DNA of 64,000 bases from Octopus vulgaris. Lineage: Eukaryota. Positions 53,825-64,000 of the stretch are shown in pieces; position 1 is the first letter of the stretch; every line of letters starts with the position of its first letter. The position numbers were made by a program, and so were the translations under genes. The DNA lies in the NCBI GenBank assembly GCA_951406725.2, contig OX597821.1, forward strand, positions 109,678,001 through 109,742,000. The letters run 5' to 3'. The notes beneath the pieces were generated by a model. The model saw only the letters and a program-made list of their open reading frames with translations, was not told where the DNA came from and ran no database searches.

Positions 53825-55408
53825 TCATCTTACAGTGGCACCTGTAACAAAACACGTGTCACTAAAGAATATTACAGCCGAATAAAGAAAACTTGGACCT
53901 CAGAACTCTCTGCATTCAATAAAACAGTGGCCCACAATATGTTTGCAGTGCCAGTACTCATACCAACATTTGGGTTGCTTGATTGGACGCTTGATGAGAT
54001 ACGAGCCATCGATGTGAAAACCCCAAACATACTAACAAGCATATAATTTCCACATAAACAGTAATGTAGACCGCCTCTACCTAAAACGAAAACAAGGCGG
54101 TAGAGGCTTGATATCGATCCAAAATGTCTTTGAATGTCGTATCATATCCCTTCGGCAACATCTTTTAACCACCAAGCGTCGAAGTGTATTTCTTGACCCA
54201 GTTTGCATACATGAGGCTGATTACATCATAAGACTTGGAAGGCAGCTCCTTGAGCAACACTCTTTGTCTGATAACCTAGAATACATGTCCAAAGAAATCG
54301 CGCTACTCTACAGCAACATAACATCAGGTGAAAGGATGAGCCTATATGAGCAGAAGACTATGCAAGGACATGCTAGTAGAAACCTCCGAGATGATAGTAA
54401 CATTGATCATCAAAGCAGTTTATCATGAACCAATACCCGGATTATTAACTTCCTCTTTGAAGAGTATGCGTTTGCAATCCAGGAGCGGGAAATATCAACC
54501 AAGTACCTGATGCACAAAAGGGATAGAGATGCAGGTAAAGCCGTAAAGTGTGACAACCGATGCAGACTTTGTGGAGTTGACACCGAAGGTATCACCCACA
54601 TCATAAGCAGTTGTCCGAAAATGTCATCACAGTATTATCTACCGATGAGACATGATGCTGTAGCTAGGACACTCTATAATGAAATCCGTCGGAAGGATAA
54701 TCCCGAGGACAAAGAAATATGAACCCATAATATGGTAGAAGCGATAGCCACTAATAATAATAAGGAGTATTGGTGGAATGTTCCAGCGAAGACCTCAATA
54801 AAATGTAAGCACAACAGACTTGATATAGTGATTTGGGATAGAGAAGAGAAACTGTGCACAGTTGTGGAAATTAGCTGCCCAGCGGATGTTAACATAAAGC
54901 TGTAGATAAGAGAAAAAAGAGAACACCTCTGCTGAACTATTGAGGAATCTTTAGTTACTCTATCCAGATTACAAGTTCAGGTTTATACCTGTAATTATTG
55001 GAGCCCTGGGATATGTAACACACTGACTAAATACCAATCTTGAGAAATTAGGATTCTCAAAACCAGAAAGAAAGCTAATTCGTAGACTACAGATCCAATC
55101 CATCACTGGAACTGTAAAAATCTGGAAAATTTCCAGAAGTTTATCATTTGAATATATATGAGCGTGTCTAGATATGCAGCTAAATGCATGAGAATACATA
55201 CATACATACATACAAATCTGCACATGCATACATACATATATACAGGTATACATACATGTAAATATGCATACATATATATATACACATTAGAAAACAAATA
55301 AAAAATACCCTGTTGTTGATGTTGAAATTCCAATGAAGGAGTCATGGATCTAGGTTAGAAACCAGTTCTTTCTCTATTGGCTAGAAATCTTGAAATAAAC
55401 TGAATAAT
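53825..55408 (+). mobile_element. 5'-truncated R4-clade LINE embedded in (ACAT)n
   Basis: ELSAFNKTVAHNMFAVPVL..GLLDWT; RLYLKRKQGGRGL; FAIQE; CRLC..EGITHIISSC; YLPMRHD; NRLDIVIWD..VEISCP; IPVIIGALG. Several stops and frameshifts; ACAT repeats on both flanks. Confidence 0.88.
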
Positions 55409-55827
55409 GGCATACATATATGCATGTATGTATATTTCCGCAATGAAGATGTCTTTATGGTATCATTTACAAGACAAAATTATTATCAGCAGACTCCACA
55501 GGTTTTCCTGAAATATTACTAATACACACACACACGCACACTCACTTGTTGGTTAACATTCCCTGGTAGATAGGAATGTATATGCCTAACCAGACCGTCT
55601 TCAAGGTGTCTCTATGTCCTGAGAGAATGGTGTGTATATTTCATGCTTGTGTGTGTATGAATGGTGAACTGTGTGAATCTATGTCAATATAAACATCTTA
55701 GAGACAGGCTTCTTGGGGACGAGAGAGAGAGAGAGAGAGAGAAAGAAAAAGGGAGAGGGAGAGATAAAAGAGCAGCGGAACGGAAAGAGTCAAGGACCAT
55801 GTGCGTGTGTATAGACATGTATGTATG

Positions 55828-55902
<75 letters not shown>

Positions 55903-56099
55903 TTATCTCTCTCTCTCTTTCTCTCTGTCTCTCTCTCTCTCTATATATATATATACACACACATAAATATACACACACATGCACATACATCCATAAATAC
56001 CTACATACACACATACTTTCATGTGTACACAAATAACACACATACATACATTCCTCTGACCGTCCATCATCCAACCATCCATCTATTCATCCACACATA

Positions 56100-56167
<68 letters not shown>

Positions 56168-56199
56168 CATATATATACATACATACATACATACATCCA

Positions 56200-56900
56200 C
56201 ACCTACATACGTCCGTACATACATACGTACATACATACATACACATATACATATATATACATACGTATGTACATACATACATACATACATACATACATAC
56301 CTACATATATACCTACATATATACCTACATACATACCTAACTACCTACCTACATACATACATACATACATAGTACGTACACATAGACCTACGTACATACA
56401 TACACACATACATATGTACGTACAATATACATACGTGCATACATACATACATACATACATACATACTTACATACTTACCTACCTACCTACCTACCTACAT
56501 ACATACATACATACATACATACATACATACATACATGCATGCATACATGCATACATACATACATGCACACATACATACATGCATACATACATGCACACAT
56601 ACATACATACATACTTACATACATACCTACCTACCTACCTACATACATACATACATACATACATACATACATACATACATACATACATGCATGCATGCAT
56701 ACATGCACACATACATACATGCACACATACATACATACATACATACATACATACATACATGCACACATACATACATACATACATACATACATGCATACAT
56801 ACATACATGCATACATACATACATACATACATACATACATACATACATACATACATGCATACATACATGCATACATACATACATACATACATGAATACGT
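56200..56900. repeat. (ACAT)n/(ACCT)n/(GCAT)n field with an internal higher-order duplication of about 155 bp
   Basis: The variant pattern repeats, visible as MHAYMHTYIHAHIHT twice in the 56535 frame. Confidence 0.85.
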
Positions 56901-56956
56901 ACATACATATATGGATATATTAACACAGATATACACGGATATATAGACAGGCAGAG

Positions 56957-57020
<64 letters not shown>

Positions 57021-57240
57021 CTACATATGTTAGATAATAGCAGCTAAGGCGGCGACATGTCGTTTGCAAGAGACAACTAACTTTATTCACATATTACATG
57101 GGACCTCAATGTACTTGGTAACCTTTGGAGATAGAAAGAGGGTGAAAGTGTGAGAGGGAGGAGGAGAGAGGAGCTTAGACTTCCTGTGCACGTGTGCTTC
57201 TCTGTCAAAGACTCACACAGATATATATATATATACATAC

Positions 57241-57308
<68 letters not shown>

Positions 57309-57385
57309 TGTACATTGTAGAGACAATACAGAGCTCATAGACAAATACAACACACGCGCACACACATATTCATACACACAGACGC

Positions 57386-57420
<35 letters not shown>

Positions 57421-57600
57421 TCAGACGTAACAGATACACTCTCATATGTATATGCACCTACCAACAGGCCAAACACACAGCTGTGGATCCATGTATGTAT
57501 GTGTATGTGTGTGTGTGTGTGTGAGTAGGTTATGTTTGTATATATCTATATATTCATATATATATATATATATTCATATGTATGTATATACATATATATA

Positions 57601-57644
<44 letters not shown>

Positions 57645-57821
57645 TATGTATGTACATATATATATATATATACATACCTATCCAAATACCTATATATGTA
57701 TGTGTGTATATATATATATATACATATGTATGTATATACATATATACTCACACATATATATATACATATGTATATACACATATATATATACATACTTATC
57801 CAAATACCTATATATGTATGA

Positions 57822-57887
<66 letters not shown>

Positions 57888-58354
57888 ACGTATGTATGTA
57901 TGTATATAGGTATGTAAGTATGTAGAACATTTGTAAGTTCCGATTTAATATATTGATGTCTCTCTTCCTCACACTCTCTTTCTCCCTCTTCGTCGTATAT
58001 ATGTATGTGTGTATATATATACGTGTATATATATATTTTTATATATATATATATATATGCATGTATATATATAATGTATGTGTATGTATATATACGTGTG
58101 TTTATACGTTTGTGGATGCGTGTGTTTGTGTATGGGTATGTGTGCGTATAATGGTTAAGAAGAATAGTTCAGAACCACTTGCTTTGTTATGTGTGTAAAC
58201 AGACTGTCCACTTAATTCCTCTGGGATCGGTCAACTAATTATGAACACTTGTGATGAGAGTCTAATAAAGCTCAAAAATCGATTTAGTCTTTGCATCACT
58301 TTCTCAGACATCGACAGAGAAATAGTTTTTGCCTCGTATACAGAGGCGGCGTAT

Positions 58355-58768
58355 GGATGCAGGCGTGGCTCTTTGGTAAGAAGCTTGCTTCCCAACCTTA
58401 TGGCTGCGGGTTCAATCTCACCTCGTTCACCTCCGGCAAGTATTCATCGACCAAACCCTTGTGAGTTGTTCCGCCAGACGGAAATTGAAAGAAGCCCGAC
58501 ATATATTTATCTATAAATATCTCTGTGTGTCTGTGTGTGTCTGTGTGTGTCCGTCTGCCTGTATGTATGTCTTTGTTCCCACTACTGCTTGGTAACCGGT
58601 GTTGGTGTGCTTACGTCCCCGTACCTTAGCGGCTCAGCAAAAGAGACCAATGGAACAAATACCAGATTTAAAAAGAAATAATAACTGGGGTCGATTCACT
58701 CTACTAAAAATTCCTCAAGGTGGTGCACCAGCATGGCCGCAATCCAATGAGTGAAACAAGTAAAAGAT
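58355..58768 (+). mobile_element. SINE family C, diverged copy
   Basis: gcaggcgtggctctttggtaagaagcttgcttcccaacc...gacggaaattgaaagaagcccg...cagcatggccgcaatccaatgagtgaaacaagtaaaaga. Confidence 0.85.
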
Positions 58769-58891
58769 ACAGATATACATAAATCCATTGATAAATATGT
58801 GTGTGTATGTACGTATATAAATAGTAATGGTAAGACAACAAAAGAATGAAAGAGACTTCGATATTATGTAAATAGAGGAATTTATCTGTAA

Positions 58892-59284
58892 CTAGCAGTA
58901 TCGCCCGGCGTTGCTCGGGTTTGTAAGGGAAATAACTATATAAGCATTTTTAGAGAGTTATAGCCAAAAAATAGCAACAAAAATGGAAAAAAGAAAGATG
59001 GTAAATTTTTTGGGGGGGGAGTTAAAAAGGTCGAGTTGCGTCCCCTAGACTGTCTGTGGTTTGTGTTCCTGATTCTCGACCCCATGTCGAATTTATCGAT
59101 TTTTTTTCAGAACTGGGGGAACTTTTCAAAATTTTCGCTGCGTTAGTTTTGAATTATGACATTGGGCTATGTGTGTGTGTCAAGTTTCATCAGAATCGGT
59201 TGAAAGCCGTGGTCAGGGTGAGGGTACGAGAAAACAGACACACAGAAACACGCACAGACAAACTGCCGTTTATATATAGAGAGA
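58892..59284 (-). mobile_element. Non-autonomous Helitron inserted in a pLTR-like stub
   Basis: 5' TC, 3' hairpin cccgagcaacgccggg + CTAG, A|T target, no TSD; the terminal 80 bp or so are almost identical to 6543-6625. Confidence 0.88.
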
Positions 59285-59315
59285 TATAATATGTGACAAT
59301 TATTCGGTTGCCATA

Positions 59316-59374
59316 ATAAGACTCCGAGTTTCGGATGTCGGGACGGAAACCTGCTCCGGCATCTCGTCAGTTAT
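59316..59374 (-). ncRNA. Type I hammerhead ribozyme motif
   Basis: Minus: ataa CTGACGA gatg(ccgg...ccga)catc c GAA ACTCGGAGT C ttat. Near-palindromic stem III, GUC triplet. Confidence 0.75.
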
Positions 59375-60007
59375 CGAGGCAATCAAAATATGCTATTTTT
59401 TATATTTATTTATTTATATTCCGAGCAAGCCAGTAAGTAAGTAAGTCTTAGCCACATGCTAAAGGAAGAAGCCAAATGGCTCTAAACTACCTGAAATATC
59501 ACAATAAAAGCGCGGCGATATCGTGGGTAATAAACGAAGATTCATAAAAAGGTCCAATTATATATATCATTTGATTTCAGGATTACGGGGAAATTCCCTT
59601 TTTCCATCGTCAGTACACCTCAATACAAACGATTATAAATACCACAGGAATACAACAGATTCACAGCACAAATACAACTGTTCGTACTTATATACAAATT
59701 AAAATTCAAAAATCAAGTTCGTTTATCTCGGTCACGTGTCAATATCCAAATAATTCAGCAGAGAATAATTTTGGTTTATGTGAAAATTATATTTTTAATA
59801 TATTTTCAAAATTTAGGATAAAATCTATAAATGATTTTATCAGGTAGTCAGCATGTAGTAATCAGTTAAGACAAATTTAATAGATTTATATTCGGGGGAA
59901 GCGAGTAAATACACAGGCTTAAGCACAAGCTAAAAGAAGATGGCAAATGGCTCGAATCTACCTTAAATACGCCCCAAAATCGGGGGAATAAGCGAAAAAA
60001 TTCATGA

Positions 60008-60074
<67 letters not shown>

Positions 60075-60077
<3 letters not shown>

Positions 60078-61656
60078 TTGCGGCCTAAATGTTCAGAACA
60101 GCACTGTTTTCGTCAGAAAAGTAGATATAATTTTTTATCAAAGTTGTTTTATATTCTATAATTTTCACAGACAATAAATAGAATGTTATTTGTTATTGTC
60201 TGGGATTTTGGTGTAGTTTGAGAGGATAATACAAAAGTTATGGATGATTTACTGCAAAACCCATGGCGGCCAAAATGATCAGAACGGTTGCTTTTACTCC
60301 ATGTTTTAGTATATTTTACCGTCGAACTCTAATATTTTGAATTTGTTTACGTGACAGTTCGTTTACTAAACATTAGTAAGAATATCTGCAGTGTACTCCG
60401 TTACCAATTCGTCTGTAGATTATTAAGCTTCGAAAGAAGGATAATTTAAGTATTAGGTCTATTGCAAAGAGTGTTAACAAGTCAAAAAGTGTTGTTCACG
60501 GTATTCTTAAGGTCTACGATGATTGTGGTTCGTGTGAGCAAGAAAGTCTACAGGTAGGCCAAGAAAAACGACCAAGAGAGAAGATCTGGTTAAAAAGGAC
60601 AGATTTAAAACTGCTGCTGCTGTTTCCGGGAAATGAGCATTGTACTGAAGAAAACTTTATCTCGAAAAACTGTGTCTCGTCCTTTAGTTGAACATGACCT
60701 ACAAGCAAGAGCACCTGCAGTGAAGCCACTGATCAGCTCCAAGAATAAAAAGTGTCGTCTTACCTTTGCAACCGAACATGTGTTGTGGTCTCAAGAAAAG
60801 TGGCAAACGGTGCATTTCAGTGATGAATCTAAGTCTATGTTATCTGGATCAGATGGGAAAAGGTACGTTCGTCGAAAAGCAGGTGAAAAATTGTCACCTA
60901 AATGCCTTAAGACTAGTGTTAAATTCGGTGGAGGAAGTGTCATGGTTTGGGGGATGATATCTGGAGGTGTTGTGGGCCCTTTGCTGCGATTACATGGAAA
61001 GGTAAATGCAGGAGTTTATAAACAACTTGTAAAAGATCATGTCTTGCCTGTGCTGAGAAATTCAACTAAGCGACCACCCATATTCATGCAGGACAATGCC
61101 CCATGTCACAAGGCTAAGGTGGTCATGAACTTCCTCAAGGCTGAAAAGGTTATTGTTATGGATTGGCCTGCTCAAAGCCCAGACCTCAATCCTATTGAAA
61201 ATGTGTGGAATATTCTAGGAGAACGTTTGAAAGCCAGACATCCTAAAACAACCGAGCAATTATGGAATGTCCTTCAGGAAGAATGGAATAAGATCACCCA
61301 GCAAGAAATTGAAAATTTAATTTCCCCATGCAGTCAAAAATGTCAAACTTTGATTGAAGCTAAAGGGCTTCACACTCAATATGATATAATTCCAGCATTC
61401 TCTGTCACATTTTGATTATTTTGTTATTTTTTCAACCGTTCTGATCATTTTGGCCACCATGGGTTTTGCAGTAAATCACTATATCATCCATAACTTTTGT
61501 ATTATCCACTCAAATTACACAAAAATCTCAGACAATACCAATTAATATCGTATTTATTGTCTGTGAAAATTATAGAATATAAAACAACTTTAATAAAAAC
61601 TTATACCTACTTTTCTGACGAAAACAATGCCGTTCTGAACATTTTGGCCGCAACTG
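60075..61656 (+). mobile_element. Full-length Tc1 transposon with long IR/DR-type TIRs and TA TSD
   Basis: TIRs 60075-60290 and 61433-61656 (cagttgcggcc... / ...ggccgcaactg), each with the repeat ggcc.aaatg.tcagaac at both ends; flanked by TA. Confidence 0.95.
60633..61415 (+). pseudogene. Tc1 DD34E transposase; catalytic domain open, N-terminus frameshifted
   Basis: FSDES, VKFGGGSVMVWG, FMQDNAPCH...WPAQSPDLNPIENVW with exactly 34 residues between D and E; HTH-coding region from about 60370 is out of frame. Confidence 0.92.
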
Positions 61657-61665
61657 TATGTGTGT

Positions 61666-61729
<64 letters not shown>

Positions 61730-61795
61730 TGCGCGCGTGCGTGCGTGCGTGTGTGTGTATGTATGCATATATATGTGTGTGTATGTATATATATA

Positions 61796-62484
61796 TTAGG
61801 CTGACCATGGGTATCACTATGGAGACTAATGCGAGACTATGGAGACGAATGCGAGAATAACAGTTTCGGTCGCATAGATCGCATCTGTGTGTAGATTCTG
61901 GTCTGTCGGCTGTTGATCCCTTAAATCGGACTCGCTTTTCTGCAGCTGACAGCTTCTCTTCACTGATCCGTAGCTATTTGAGAAGTGTGCTTTTCCACCT
62001 GGTGCGGTCTGCTACCAGGTCCACCCAGGATTTGATGTCTAAGTTGAGCGCCTTCATGTCCCTCCTTGTACCTTGCACTTCAGCTGCGGGTGGCCGTTGT
62101 TCATCTGTCCTAGAGAATGTCTTTTGGAATTCGGCCATCCTCCAGACAGTGAACGTGGCCTAGCCAGCGTAGTCGACGTTGTCTCAGCAAGGCGTACATG
62201 GATGAGAAGCCAGCACGAGCCAGGACGTCGGTGTTGGTCACCTTGTCCTGCCAGGAGATGCCGAGTATGCATCGTAGGCTGCTGAGATGGAAGCTGTTCA
62301 CCTTTTTTCCTGACTGGCTTATGTGGTCTATGTCTCACTGCCATACAACAGGGTGCTGAGGATACAAGCATTGTACACAGCCTGCTTTGTTTTCACTGTC
62401 AACTTTGGGTTTGTCAGCACTCTTGATGTGAGGCGCGCGAGCGTAGTGGCTGCTTTCCCAATTCTCTTGTCAATCTCGGCATCG
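61796..62484 (-). mobile_element. RTE-clade LINE 3' fragment
   Basis: IDAEIDKRIGKAATTLARL..KQAVYNACILSTLLYGSET; FHLSSLRCILGISWQDKVTNTDVL..RRLRWLGHV..DGRIPKDIL. Confidence 0.9.
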
Positions 62485-63121
62485 ATGACAAAGAATGATG
62501 AGCGGAGAATCTGCATCAAATTTTACCAAAGGTTTGGCGATTCCTGCTCAGAGGCCTACGCTAAGTTTTCAAAAAGTTTTCATCGTTTTCGACAAAATCA
62601 AGGTCTTTTGTAACTGAAACCTGCGTGTCTTTAGGTCAGCTGAAAGCAATTTTGGTACAAACTTGGAAGACACGCGTCTCGTACCCACATCTTGTGATAA
62701 TGGACTGAACTGAACCGTAATTAATCTGCACATCCTCAGCTAACTCACGGATGGTGATTCGACGGTTTTCCCTCACAACTGCACGCACATCTGCGATGTA
62801 TTTCTCAGTTCTACTGGACCGCGCGTACACTTGTGTGCGGCTGATACACTCCTCTCTATACACTCTCTTCGACATTGGGTAGTCCTCTGAGCACGTATCA
62901 CCATGACAACTTTCTCTGTCAAGGTCAATGCGACGATCACACGCTACACACCTTCCTTATAAGCACTGCACTGCTGTAAACAGCGAAAGTGAGCTAGAAC
63001 GTGAAAACTAGGTGCACTTGCACAGCAGATTTCAAGGTCAGTCTGTGCCAAGCGGCTTCACACTGCATGCTTTAGCTTCGTTACTACGGCAACAGGCCGG
63101 ACATTTATTGATCAGACCTCT
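62484..63121. mobile_element. Second copy of the two-left-end mariner derivative, left arm truncated
   Basis: Colinear with 29542-30244, including the same inversion junction (cctacgc..aagttttcatcgtt); ends ttattgatcagacctc. Confidence 0.85.
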
Positions 63122-64000
63122 TATAAGAATGTGCGCGTTGTGTTATGACTTTGTTTATCGGCCTATGAAGGGTCGAATTAAGACCCACAGAGGCCTTAAG
63201 CATTTACAAATTTTGGTTTCCCTGTATGTATGTATGTAATTCAAAATAGAAGTAATAAATCGTGAAACAAATATTTTTATTTTACAAAATGAAATAAAAC
63301 TACCCGCAAGATAGAATATAATGTTTATTTTTGTATACTTCAAATTTATTCCTTTTTGAAAACTTTTCTACTATTTTTGATTGCAAAGTCTTTGATCCGA
63401 TCCTCACTATAACACCAAAGGCAGTACGTCTCCTTCGCTTTCAGCGTAATTTTAAAGTGATTACAGTTTCTGTTTCTAGCATGACGGTCGACCAGATAAA
63501 GGCTTCCTACCGAGTAATCTTGTAAGGAATGAGATGTAGAGGTTATTCGGGTATGAGAGAGAGTGAAGGATGACGATGATGCTATGAGTTGGCAGGTAGT
63601 CGGGTAGGAGGAGTTTCAGGGTGTCAGGGTTGATTGTAGTATCAGAGATAGTAATAGTGGAGGGTAGGAAGCGTGGTGATGGCGGCTCTTGTAGTGATGG
63701 TGGTGGTGGTGGTGGTAGTGGACGTTGTCGTCGTCGTCATGGCGGCGGTGTTGATGGTGGTGGGGTACATAGGGGTAGCCTGATGAATTTTTTTTTTTTT
63801 TGCAGTAGAGTTTGGGGTGTGGTTGCATATTTGCACTTGTGATTGTTCCGATATAGAGCGAGTCACAATTGTAGGGTGGTAGAAACAACAATAAATTAAA
63901 TAAAAGTAACCAAAAAAACAACAAAAATCACAGTAACAGAAACACACACACACACACAAACAAACAAACAGATAGGCCTCTTCCATGTAAATTTTTCTCA

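Overview
AT-rich, microsatellite-saturated animal DNA with no host gene I can support. The SINE families and repeat landscape resemble an octopus/cephalopod genome (recognised from memory, not by search). Almost all listed ORFs are translations of simple repeats. The real content is mobile DNA: three tRNA-derived SINE families (called A, B, C here); fragments of R4/Dong-type, Tx1/L1-type and RTE-type LINEs; a Penelope-like GIY-YIG ORF; Tc1, mariner, pogo and hAT remnants; and non-autonomous Helitrons. The strongest unexplained signal is a dense set of type I hammerhead ribozyme motifs, mostly in fold-back insertions in (TA)n tracts, with a different palindromic stem III in each family. One of them sits in a near-identical 491-bp tandem array (44.6-45.7 kb, retrozyme/pLTR-like) preceded by an inverted copy riddled with TA-filled micro-deletions. 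Also notable: head-to-tail 184-bp SINE multimers with a fixed self-complementary junction, a SINE tail shared with the Tx1-type LINE, LINEs sitting in different microsatellite motifs, and a headless, highly structured RTE-like short element.
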